Assembly: GCA_003246365.1 (NCBI GenBank)
Contig: QKAN01000053.1
Location: 15,842-79,841 of the forward strand
Length of the DNA stretch: 64,000 nucleotides
From: Clostridia bacterium
GTDB taxonomy: Bacteria; Bacillota; Clostridia; Christensenellales; CAG-138
Reading direction: 5' to 3'
Below, piece by piece: positions 1 through 8,306 of this stretch. Below the pieces are notes generated by a model. The model was not told where the DNA came from, did not search any database, and was given only the letters and a program-made list of their open reading frames with translations. A program made the position numbers and the translations under genes. The stretch's first letter is position 1, and the number at the start of each line of letters is the position of its first letter.

Positions 1-56
1 TATTCACTCAGATTGATGATGGCTGGTATCTTATTGAAGAAATGAGCAGCCGATAA
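1..56 (+). CDS. 3' end of hypothetical protein (partial; paralog of 207..758)
   Basis: Frame 3 reads ..FTQIDDGWYLIEEMSSR* and ends at TAA 54-56. This matches the C-terminus ..YTQIDGNWYIVEETFPW of the next gene. It runs off the window, so it is not in the ORF track. Confidence 0.5.
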   Translation, partial: FTQIDDGWYLIEEMSSR

Positions 57-206
57 AGAGCCTTCCATCAGCAAATAAACTATAGGCTGTACGGAAGAGT
101 ATTAGTTTCCCCATCCGCACGGCATTCCCGATTGATTGCGTTTAGCGAAGCGGTTTGTGAAGGCGAAGTTCGCTCCATATAATAATTTAACAGAACAGGG
201 TGAAAA

Positions 207-758
207 ATGAAAAAATGGAAAGTTGCAATTGTCTCAGCTCTGGTTTTAGGAATCGCTGTTATTGCGACATTTGTTGCCATTGACCTTTCATTTGGCTCAA
301 AATTTATTCTTTCATCAAAGGATGTAGAGTACCATACAAAAGAAGAGTTAGTAGAGCTTTATTGGCAAAATCAAGATTTATTGAACTCAGTCAAAGACAG
401 CATTCTCTCCAATAAAGCTTTTTTACAAGTACTGATCAATCAAAAAGATGGTGATGCAGGAATACTAACTGATTCCCATAAAGACCTCTTTTCCGAAAGA
501 GAATGGTCCGACATCATATCTGTCTTTGAAAAATTACATCCATATATGCTCATGATGGAACGAAAAGGGCGACCTTTAAAGTTTTATATCAATTTTGCAC
601 ATCAAAAACTGGACAGTAGTTCGAAAGCAACAACGCTCTATTGGTTCCCATCTGAAACGGAACTCGAATATCATAGAGAACATACTCTGGCGGATCGTGT
701 TGAATATACGCAAATTGACGGTAACTGGTATATAGTGGAAGAAACGTTTCCTTGGTAA
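207..758 (+). CDS. hypothetical membrane-anchored protein (tandem paralog)
   Basis: 183-aa ORF with AGGGTG upstream of ATG 207. One N-terminal TM helix (VAIVSALVLGIAVIATFVAI) precedes a soluble domain. AT-rich compared with neighbours. No family recognised. Confidence 0.7.
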   Translation: MKKWKVAIVSALVLGIAVIATFVAIDLSFGSKFILSSKDVEYHTKEELVELYWQNQDLLNSVKDSILSNKAFLQVLINQKDGDAGILTDSHKDLFSEREWSDIISVFEKLHPYMLMMERKGRPLKFYINFAHQKLDSSSKATTLYWFPSETELEYHREHTLADRVEYTQIDGNWYIVEETFPW

Positions 759-808
759 TATTTACATAACGTTGGGTATCAAATCAGTTTACTTGGTCGT
801 ATATCCAT

Positions 809-838
809 AAAAAAGAGTGCCGTGCGGCACTCTTTTTC
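809..838. terminator. bidirectional intrinsic terminator
   Basis: A-run, hairpin GAGTGCCG/CGGCACTC, then T-run, between convergent genes 207..758(+) and 848..1498(-). Confidence 0.6.
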
Positions 839-847
839 TAATACGTT

Positions 848-1498
848 TTACAGCAGCTCCGGCACTTCGCACAAGCTCTCAATCAGCGTTGCCCCAAGCG
901 TCTCCAGATGCGCGCGGGACTGATGCCCGGGGATGAGCAAGGCGCAACCGCAGCCAATTGACGAGGCAATCTCAAAGTCGTGATCCGTGTCCCCAACAAA
1001 CAAGGCGCGCGCGGGAGAAACCCCGCTTTCGCACAAAAACTGCGTCGCATAGTCCGCCTTACCGTGCGCAAGATTGTTGCTGTTTCCAATCACGCGCTCG
1101 AAATAGCGGTTCAGTTGAAAATGCTTCACCTGCTCGTCCAGCTTTTCCTGTCCCGTGGCGCTCAGCAGCACCTGCCGCGCACCCGTGGCAAGCACAGCAG
1201 ATAACGCGTCCTTTGCGCAGGGTTGCAGCGGCGCGGTCGGAAACCGCTCGGCATACATGGAAACAAACTCGACCGAGATATTCTCAAACGGTTCGGTTTC
1301 AAACGTATATCCCATGCGGCGGTAATACTCGATCACCGGAAACGTGAAATATTGCCGGTATTCCTCGACGCCGCGCATCAGCGGCATGCCGCGCTCCTCT
1401 CGCATTTCGTTTGCGATTTGGTAGCACATCTGCGTGTCGTCAAGCAGCGTTCCGTTCCAGTCCCAGATGACGAGGTCATAATTGCGGGGAGAAGCCAT
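848..1498 (-). CDS. HAD-superfamily hydrolase (phosphatase-like)
   Basis: 216 aa. HAD motif I 'VIWDWNGTLLDD' is a D-x-N variant; motif IV is 'FVGDTDHD'. AGGTGA lies 6 nt upstream of ATG 1498. Directly downstream of 1546..2574 on the same strand. Confidence 0.8.
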   Translation of the reverse strand: MASPRNYDLVIWDWNGTLLDDTQMCYQIANEMREERGMPLMRGVEEYRQYFTFPVIEYYRRMGYTFETEPFENISVEFVSMYAERFPTAPLQPCAKDALSAVLATGARQVLLSATGQEKLDEQVKHFQLNRYFERVIGNSNNLAHGKADYATQFLCESGVSPARALFVGDTDHDFEIASSIGCGCALLIPGHQSRAHLETLGATLIESLCEVPELL

Positions 1499-1545
1499 AA
1501 AAAATCACCTGTTTCCGCCCGCAGTAAAAATTCACGGGCTTGGAT

Positions 1546-2574
1546 TTACCATTTGTTGCGCACCTTCTCCGCAAAGCAGAGGAAGTGCTTGAGTTCAATT
1601 TTTGTTCCGTCGTCCAGCGTGAGCGTGCCGTCCATATATCCGAACACCTGATGCTGATCGGAAAGCAGCGGGCCAACCGACGTATACGCCACGCGGTCGA
1701 GAACCGGCGTAAACGCGGTTTCAAACCGTCCGTCGTTGGAGGTAAACGTCCAGGGCGAAAGAAAATCGTCCTTGCCGTCCTTTGACGGTATGTGAAACGT
1801 TACCCGGTCTAGCTTATGGCAAACGCCGTCTACAAAGATCATGTTTTCCGAAGCGGCGCTGACGTTGCCAAACCCGTAACCAAGGTTGAAGCCGACCACA
1901 TGCCCGTCGGCAATTCCCTGACCGCCGCCCCAGTACCACGTGTTGGAATAGGTCCAAACGCCGCGTCCCCAGTCCAGCAGGCCGAACGAATCGGCCGGAT
2001 CAAATGAGCGCGTCTCGTTCCCAATGGTAAAGCTGCCCGCGGCGCGCATGCCTACGATTTTCTGATTATAGTAGAATGCCGTCTTCTTTTCGTCAAACGG
2101 GGTGGCAATCACCATCGTATCCCGCGGCGGATCGCTCAGCAGCAAATCGCAGTCAAACGCCTTGTCTCCGTCGAACTTGTCGATGTGGAACTTGAGCCGC
2201 CGTCCGCCCGCCTCATGCGTAAACGAACCGGACGCGCCTTTGACGCTCTTTACGATATCGCCGACATCCGAGCGCGGCGGAAAATTCGTTTTGCCAAACG
2301 GCAGCCAGAACATCGGGGAAACGGTCTTCTCCGCTTTCGCCTCAAAGTCGAGAAACGAAGCGGACAAAAGACCCATATAGGAATTATCCGCAATCGTCAG
2401 CGCTACTCCATAGCTGCCGTTATAGATCAGATAATAGTCCCATTCTTTGATGCGCGCCGCGCCGCCTTTGATTGCCTTCCGGTCATATGTTCTGACCTGG
2501 CTGGTGGCGTATCCCGCTTCGGCAAGCGCGCCGGTTTTGTCGAGTAACGGGCCGCTGGAGAGAAGATGCTGCAT
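1546..2574 (-). CDS. DUF2804-like protein
   Basis: 342 aa with AGGAGG upstream of ATG 2574. The patterns KEWDYYLIYN, NTWYWGGGQG and C-terminal FAEKVRNKW match my memory of DUF2804; not searched. Confidence 0.6.
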   Translation of the reverse strand: MQHLLSSGPLLDKTGALAEAGYATSQVRTYDRKAIKGGAARIKEWDYYLIYNGSYGVALTIADNSYMGLLSASFLDFEAKAEKTVSPMFWLPFGKTNFPPRSDVGDIVKSVKGASGSFTHEAGGRRLKFHIDKFDGDKAFDCDLLLSDPPRDTMVIATPFDEKKTAFYYNQKIVGMRAAGSFTIGNETRSFDPADSFGLLDWGRGVWTYSNTWYWGGGQGIADGHVVGFNLGYGFGNVSAASENMIFVDGVCHKLDRVTFHIPSKDGKDDFLSPWTFTSNDGRFETAFTPVLDRVAYTSVGPLLSDQHQVFGYMDGTLTLDDGTKIELKHFLCFAEKVRNKW

Positions 2575-2646
2575 GGCAAAACGTCCTCCTATGTTCTGTT
2601 TGATGTGTTGTTTAGACAGGCAAACGGCAGATCAGCCGTTTTTTTC

Positions 2647-2675
2647 ATTATACGCGCATCGTTTCACCCGCGCAA
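2647..2675 (-). promoter_or_regulatory. sigma-70-type promoter for 1546..2574 operon
   Basis: Minus strand: TTGCGC (2675-2670), 17-nt spacer, TATAAT (2652-2647). The hairpin at 2623-2640 would then be a 5' mRNA stem-loop. Confidence 0.45.
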
Positions 2676-2810
2676 GAAAGGCTCTTTTGCTTGCTCATAT
2701 GAAAATAACCAGTAATGTCACAGGTTTTTCTCATATGCAGGGATAGAGTATGCTATAATACCCGCGTGGAAAAACGCGAAAAACGACTTAAAATAACAGG
2801 GATTTTTCTC

Positions 2811-3518
2811 TTGACCGTGACGGTACTCGTGATGGTCTGGCAGCTTTATATGATCTACACCTCCGGCATGCGGCATGTAACGCACGGATTGTTGCTGATT
2901 GCCGGTGTTTGCGTTCCGCTTATTTTGGGCACCTATTTGCTGACCCGCTCGTTTCCGGCGCGTGCCGACCGCCGCCGCGCCGTGCGCACCGCGCTGTTTA
3001 TTTTGTTCGGTTTTTTCTGTGCTTCTCTCGTCGGCGCGCTGATCGTCTCGCGTGTGGATTACGCAAACTTTGCGCAGGCAAAAGCGAATTATTGGGAGCA
3101 TTTTGATCTGATGACGAATTTTCGTCCGTTTGAAACCATTCGGCTGTACATCAACGCGATTAAATACGACTATATCGGCATGGAAATTCCGCTGAGCAAT
3201 CTCGTCGGCAACGCGATGCTGTTTATGCCGATGGCGGTGTTCCTGCCCTGTCTGTTTGCCTCGATGCGAAAGCTCTGGCTCTTCGCGCTTACGATGGCGC
3301 TCGTTCTCGTCGCAGTGGAGGCCGTGCAGCTTCTGCTTGCCTGCGGCAGCTGCGATATCGACGACGTGCTCCTAAACCTCGCGGGTACGCTGATTGTATT
3401 CGGCATCCTGAAAATACCGGCGCTGCAACGGTTGCTGCGCAAGCTTTATCTTCTTCCGCCGGATGCTGAAACCGATCAAACGGTTGAAGAAGCCGCGCCA
3501 CCCGCCGCTACAGAATAA
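2811..3518 (+). CDS. VanZ family membrane protein
   Basis: The ORF track gives 2715..3518. VanZ-like motifs 'NLVGNAMLFMPMAVFLP' and 'CDIDDVLLNLAGT' plus multiple TM helices. A TGCTATAAT extended -10 at 2751-2759 lies inside the long ORF, so I moved the start to TTG 2811 (AGGGA 9 nt upstream). Start uncertain: GTG 2766 and ATG 2832 are alternatives. Confidence 0.65.
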   Translation: MTVTVLVMVWQLYMIYTSGMRHVTHGLLLIAGVCVPLILGTYLLTRSFPARADRRRAVRTALFILFGFFCASLVGALIVSRVDYANFAQAKANYWEHFDLMTNFRPFETIRLYINAIKYDYIGMEIPLSNLVGNAMLFMPMAVFLPCLFASMRKLWLFALTMALVLVAVEAVQLLLACGSCDIDDVLLNLAGTLIVFGILKIPALQRLLRKLYLLPPDAETDQTVEEAAPPAATE

Positions 3519-4971
3519 TCCGCCGCGTTGCGATTTCGTCCACAAACGCGCGATCATGTTCCACAAACAGCATCGTCGGATTCGCCGCAAGAATCAGATC
3601 GCGAATCTGCATTCTGGAAAGCACGTCCACGAAGTTGAGCGGTTCGTCCCAAACATATAAATGCGCCCGTTCCGAAAGCGTCTTTGCAAGAAGCGCTTTC
3701 TTCTTTTGTCCGCCGGAAAACTGGCGCATGTCTTTTTCGAACTGCACACGCGGAAAATCCAGCTTGCGCAAAATCGTGAGAAACAGCGTCTCGTCCAGTC
3801 CATATGCGCGAGCAAAGTCGAGCACGTTTCCCTGTAAAAACGATGTATCTTGCGGCATATAGGATACGATCAACCCGCTGGCTATCCGGAGCGTTCCGGT
3901 GTGCGGAACATCCTCGCCCGTCAACAGTTTCACAATGCTGCTTTTTCCGCTGCCGTTTCTGCCGAAGAGGGCGACGCGCTCCCCCTGCCGGAGCGTAAAG
4001 TCGAGCGGCCCGCAGACAGTTCTATCGCCATATACAATAGAGAGATCGATTGCTTCTACCAGGATATCCGCATGGTGTCTGAATGGCGTCACCTTGAGCG
4101 TGTCGTTCCGTTCCAGATCTTTCAGCAGTTTTTCTTTTTCTTTAGCCGCGTTTTCCTGTCTGCGTTCGGCAGACTTCGCGCGCTTCATCACACGCGCACT
4201 TTGCGCACCGATGAATCCCCGGTCGAGCGCGTGTTCACCGATTTTGCTGCGCTCCACGCGGTTGCTCCATTCGGCGGTTCTGCGGGCTGCCGCGCGAAGA
4301 TCGGTAATCTCCTGTGTAAGACGTTCGTTTTCCGTCTGTTCAAAGGCGTCCTGCCGGCGGCGGTTCTCCTCCCAACTGGAAAAGTTCCCTTTCTGCACCT
4401 CGATGCTCGCGCGGTTGATCGAGAGAATATGATCCACGCATCCGTCCAGAAACGCGCGGTCATGGCTGACGAGAATAAACCCCTGCTTGCCGCCGAGGTA
4501 CCGGCTGACCACTGCGCGCGCTTCCATGTCGAGATGGTTCGTCGGTTCGTCGATCAAGAGAAAATGTCCGGCGCGCGAAAACAACGCCGCAAGCAATACT
4601 TTCGTCTGTTCGCCGGGGCTTAATGTGGAAAACGCGCGGTCAAGCACATCGGGCGAAACATCCAGCAGGTTCAGCTCTTTTTCCAGCCGCCAGCGCGGCG
4701 CGTCCGAGACGGATTCAAAAACCGCTTCAGTCGTCTGGTTCACATCCGGTACCGCAAACGGAAAATAGTCGAACACGACGGGCGCGGAAATCGCACCGCC
4801 GGAGTCAAGCTCCCCCGTTAGCAGCCGAAGGAACGTGGTTTTACCGCGTCCGTTTCGGCCGATAAACCCGAGTTTCCAACCCGTATCGATGGAAAAGGAC
4901 GTGTGTTCGAATATATTGTCGTAACTGCCTTCGTAATGAAACGTCAAATCGTTGACCCTGATTTGCGACAT
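3508..4971 (-). CDS. ABC-F family ATPase, Lsa/ARE-like ribosomal protection candidate
   Basis: Two NBDs (GRNGRGKTT and GRNGSGKSS Walker A; LSPGE and FSGGQ signatures) joined by a charged linker of about 90 aa; no TM segments. The N-terminus 'MSQIRVNDLTFHYEGS..WKLGFIGRNGRGKTTFLRLL' resembles Lsa-type proteins. True start is ATG 4971 (GGGAGG 8 nt upstream), not 5106. Confidence 0.85.
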   Translation of the reverse strand: MSQIRVNDLTFHYEGSYDNIFEHTSFSIDTGWKLGFIGRNGRGKTTFLRLLTGELDSGGAISAPVVFDYFPFAVPDVNQTTEAVFESVSDAPRWRLEKELNLLDVSPDVLDRAFSTLSPGEQTKVLLAALFSRAGHFLLIDEPTNHLDMEARAVVSRYLGGKQGFILVSHDRAFLDGCVDHILSINRASIEVQKGNFSSWEENRRRQDAFEQTENERLTQEITDLRAAARRTAEWSNRVERSKIGEHALDRGFIGAQSARVMKRAKSAERRQENAAKEKEKLLKDLERNDTLKVTPFRHHADILVEAIDLSIVYGDRTVCGPLDFTLRQGERVALFGRNGSGKSSIVKLLTGEDVPHTGTLRIASGLIVSYMPQDTSFLQGNVLDFARAYGLDETLFLTILRKLDFPRVQFEKDMRQFSGGQKKKALLAKTLSERAHLYVWDEPLNFVDVLSRMQIRDLILAANPTMLFVEHDRAFVDEIATRRIIL

Positions 4972-5213
4972 AATAAAAACCTCCCTGAAGAAAACAAAAA
5001 GCGACGTCAAACATCGGCATGCAGAGAGGGGTTCGTCCGAAAATGAAACCTGTGTTTTTCTCAAACAAAAAAGAACCCGTATCCGAATCGCACACGCGTT
5101 TGGCATCGCAAGTAACCTGCGGACGCATTATCTGCCCCCGCGCAACTTATCAATACCAATAGCGTTAACGATACATTCGAGTCCTCCGAAAAAAAGTCAA
5201 AATCAAATGATTT
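4972..5213 (-). promoter_or_regulatory. 5' leader with 3-codon uORF (candidate ribosome-mediated attenuator)
   Basis: Minus strand: GGAGG (5187-5183), 6 nt, then ATG TAT CGT TAA (5176-5165). U-rich tracts are at the complement of 5063-5076 and 4988-5002, before the ABC-F RBS. Confidence 0.5.
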
Positions 5214-5220
5214 CGCGATT

Positions 5221-5250
5221 ATTATAGACAGATTGCAGTTGTTTTGTCAA
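5221..5250 (-). promoter_or_regulatory. sigma-70 promoter of ABC-F leader
   Basis: Minus strand: TTGACA (5250-5245), 18-nt spacer, TATAAT (5226-5221). Confidence 0.6.
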
Positions 5251-5416
5251 TGTGGGTAGTCGCAGAGCGGATTTATAACGAGTATGCTATAATAAATTGC
5301 AATTTCAATTGCGGAAACCATCAGGATACACTGATAAAAAATATTCCCTGCTCCACTGCAACCTCCTGCGATGATGCGGAGTGTTATGGGTGGAAGAGAG
5401 AGGTACAAAAACGGTT

Positions 5417-5920
5417 ATGGAACAGCTGGCCAAACCCAATGTGCCGATACCGGCCGACGACGTGGACGCGCTCTTTGCGGAATATGCCGATACGGTATAC
5501 CGCCTGGCGTTTCTGCGCACGAAAAGCGGAACGGATGCGGACGACATCGTGCAGGATGTGTTTCTCAGGGCACTGCGCGCAAAGCCCGAATGGAACAGCC
5601 CGGAACACCAGAAAGCCTGGTTTTTAAAGGTTACCATCAACTGCACCAAGTCGCTGTTGACCTCCGCCTGGCGGCGAAACACCGTACCGGAAAACGAAAA
5701 TCTCCTCACCGAGATGCAGACCACCACAGAGGTTTATCCCTATGTGCTGGCGCTTCCCGTAAAGTACCGCACGGCGGTGCATCTGCATTACTACGAGGGA
5801 TATCGGGTCGCCGAGATCGCAAAGATCATGGGCACGACAGAAAACACGGTGAAATCCCATCTCTTCCGCGCACGCGATATGCTGCGGGAACAGTTGAAAG
5901 GGGAGTTTCAGGATGTTTAA
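5417..5920 (+). CDS. ECF-type RNA polymerase sigma factor
   Basis: Region 2 ('YRLAFLRTKSGTDADDIVQDVFLRAL') and region 4 HTH ('YYEGYRVAEIAKIMGTTENTVKSHLFRAR'). Start set at ATG 5417 (the track starts at GTG 5381). The stop overlaps the next gene (ATGTTTAA). Confidence 0.85.
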   Translation: MEQLAKPNVPIPADDVDALFAEYADTVYRLAFLRTKSGTDADDIVQDVFLRALRAKPEWNSPEHQKAWFLKVTINCTKSLLTSAWRRNTVPENENLLTEMQTTTEVYPYVLALPVKYRTAVHLHYYEGYRVAEIAKIMGTTENTVKSHLFRARDMLREQLKGEFQDV

Positions 5921-8000
5921 AGAGCAGTATATCCGTGACAACGAAAAGCTCAAAGCAAAGGAGACGTTGCTCATGGAAATTAAAGAAAAACACGCGCGTG
6001 AGAAAATTGCCCTCACGCCGAGACAGAAATTCGTCCGCGTCGGCGCGGTGTTCGCGGCGTTTGCGCTGGTTGCGGTTGGCGCACTCGGAACCCTTCTCGT
6101 CACCGGAACTTCCAAATCGACGACGCAGGATAGCGCGAATTATTCCGTTATGGCGGAAAGCACGATCACCTCATCTGCAGACAGTGAAGAATCGTTTGCC
6201 GCCGAGGATTCGCTTGCCGCCACTGAGGCCGCTATTCCCGCAGACGTGGAAAGCTACGACGACATCTATGCGCTCATCGAACGCATGCAAAGCGTCAACG
6301 GCATTTACGCGGGCGGCGTAATGCTGGAGAGCGCGGTTACAACCGACGGCGCAACCGCCTCCGTGTCCCCCTCAATGAGCGAAGCGAAGGTCGCAACCGT
6401 TGACGAAAGCACCACCAGCATAAGCGGAACGGATTATTCCGAAACCAACGTGCAGGTGAAAGGCGTTGACGAAGCGGACATCGTTAAAACAGACGGAAAC
6501 TACATTTATTATGTAGCAGGAAGCCAACTCAACATTCTCAAGGCGGACGGCGCGAACACAACGCTTGTCTCCAGCACGGCGCTTTCGAGCGACGACAGTT
6601 GGTGGGGTTATAATTCCGAACTGTTCATCCTCGGCACGCGGCTCATGGTCATCACCCAGAGCTACAATACCGTTTGGATCAACGACGCAAACGGCGGATA
6701 CGACAGCTATACCGACCAGACCACCGCGGATATCTATGATATTTCAAATCCCGCAAAGCCCGCAAAGGTGATTTCTCTCGGACAGAGCGGCAACTATGTC
6801 AGCTCCCGCATGATCGGGGACTATGTGTATCTGGTCACTTCGCAGTATATCTACTCTCCGGTGAAGGGAACGCCGATTACGTATATTCCGACGACGACGA
6901 CGGGCGCGGAGACGAAACTTCTCATGCCGACCGATTTGTATATCGGCGGCAACCCGCAGAGCGCGGCCTATACGGTTATCGGTTCCATCAACCTCAGAAG
7001 CGGGGCAACCTTCACTTCCGCAAAAGCAATTTTCGGCGGAACAAGCCAAATGTATGCCAATGCGGAACATATGCTGCTCGCCATCTCGCAGTACAGCGAG
7101 GAAACCCTGCCCATCGCGCCGGACGAAGACGGCAAGAATGTGCAGATTACGAACGGCAGCTCGACGACCGATCTCGTTTTACTCGGTCTGTCCGAAGGAC
7201 AGATTACGAAGCTGGCCACCGGCAGCGTACCCGGCAACCTGCTTAACCAGTTTTCGATGGATGAATACAAAAACGTATTCCGCATTGTAACCACGGTAAA
7301 CACCTGGCAGCAGCGCATTTATACGGACGGCATCGATAGCTACGAATACGACAGCACGAACACCAACGCGCTGTATACGCTCGACCAAGACCTGAGCATC
7401 CTCGGAAAAATTGAAAACCTTGCCGAGGACGAGAGCGTGCAGAGCGTGCGGTTCGACGGAGATATCGGCTATTTCGTAACGTTCCGGCAGGTTGATCCGC
7501 TCTTTGCGGTAGACCTGAGTAACCCCGCTTACCCGCGGGTGCTGGACGCGCTGAAGATTCCGGGATTCTCCGAATATCTGCATGTATTCTCGGACAATCT
7601 GCTGCTCGGCATCGGCTACAATGCGGACGAAGATACCGGCAGATTGCAAGGCGTTAAGCTCTCCATGTTTGACACAAGCGACAAAACAAACGTGAAAGAA
7701 ATCGCAAAAACAAACGTGGACGCAAGCTGGACCATCGTCGGCAGCAACCACAAGGCGATCCTCGTAGACGCGGAAAAGAACCTGATCGCCTTCCCAGCGG
7801 ACAGCAGTTACTATATCTACCGCTACACGGCGGCGGACGGATTCACGCTTGCGGCAGACATTAGCATGACGGCGGATCTTTCGAGCTGGAATTTGAGAGG
7901 ATTGTTCATCGGAAACTACTTCTATGTTTTAGGCGATTCCGGCGTAACGATCATCTCGCTTAACGATTTTTCAATCGTCAGCACGGTAAAACTCGGTTAA
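5913..8000 (+). CDS. membrane-anchored anti-sigma-like protein with C-terminal beta-propeller domain
   Basis: 695 aa. Short cytoplasmic N-terminus, one TM (VGAVFAAFALVAVGALGTLLV), then an extracellular region with 'SETNVQVKGVDEADIVKTDGNYIYYV', typical of the secreted beta-propeller family (PF09826-like). Translationally coupled to the sigma gene. Confidence 0.8.
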   Translation: MFKEQYIRDNEKLKAKETLLMEIKEKHAREKIALTPRQKFVRVGAVFAAFALVAVGALGTLLVTGTSKSTTQDSANYSVMAESTITSSADSEESFAAEDSLAATEAAIPADVESYDDIYALIERMQSVNGIYAGGVMLESAVTTDGATASVSPSMSEAKVATVDESTTSISGTDYSETNVQVKGVDEADIVKTDGNYIYYVAGSQLNILKADGANTTLVSSTALSSDDSWWGYNSELFILGTRLMVITQSYNTVWINDANGGYDSYTDQTTADIYDISNPAKPAKVISLGQSGNYVSSRMIGDYVYLVTSQYIYSPVKGTPITYIPTTTTGAETKLLMPTDLYIGGNPQSAAYTVIGSINLRSGATFTSAKAIFGGTSQMYANAEHMLLAISQYSEETLPIAPDEDGKNVQITNGSSTTDLVLLGLSEGQITKLATGSVPGNLLNQFSMDEYKNVFRIVTTVNTWQQRIYTDGIDSYEYDSTNTNALYTLDQDLSILGKIENLAEDESVQSVRFDGDIGYFVTFRQVDPLFAVDLSNPAYPRVLDALKIPGFSEYLHVFSDNLLLGIGYNADEDTGRLQGVKLSMFDTSDKTNVKEIAKTNVDASWTIVGSNHKAILVDAEKNLIAFPADSSYYIYRYTAADGFTLAADISMTADLSSWNLRGLFIGNYFYVLGDSGVTIISLNDFSIVSTVKLG

Positions 8001-8020
8001 CAACCAGCGACGAACATCAC

Positions 8021-8049
8021 AAAAGCGGGCGAATGCCCGCTTTTGTTTT
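8021..8049 (+). terminator. intrinsic terminator
   Basis: AAAAGCGGGC-GAAT-GCCCGCTTTTGTTTT. Confidence 0.75.
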
Positions 8050-8306
8050 ATCGTAAAAATCTTTCTATCCTCTCGCAGTCGCATGTCAAAATAAATTTCG
8101 AGCAAAAAAATAAATCAACTTGCTTGTGAAGAACGAATGAATCCTGTAATATTACATTAGGAACAGGTAATCTTTTCTCAAATCAATTCTTCATTTCGTG
8201 AAGCGATCAACACAAATACACTTGTCCTTTTTTAAGGATCGCTTCAGAATCGCGCCCACAATCAACATCGATTCAAGTACTTTGCGAATATCCGGAGGTG
8301 AATTAC

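Noticed and set aside
2623-2640. Plus-strand terminator-like hairpin AACGGC-AGATCA-GCCGTT followed by T7, with no plus-strand gene upstream.
   Set aside because: It is better explained as a 5' stem-loop of the minus-strand DUF2804 mRNA. That transcript starts just downstream of a TTGCGC-N17-TATAAT promoter at 2675-2647.
2746-2760. The 15-nt identity GAGTATGCTATAATA is shared between 2746-2760 and 5280-5294, considered as a dispersed repeat or mobile-element end.
   Set aside because: Both copies are extended -10 promoter elements (TGnTATAAT) upstream of plus-strand genes. The identity does not extend beyond the promoter core.
4972-5106. N-terminal extensions suggested by the ORF track: 3508..5106, 28669..31821, 22179..24488, 55141..56517, 57569..58240, 54141..55079, 52631..54070, 17129..18454, 25748..26350 and others.
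   Set aside because: In each case an internal ATG is preceded by a good Shine-Dalgarno sequence and starts the conserved or signal-peptide part of the protein. The upstream extensions run through promoters, leaders or terminators.
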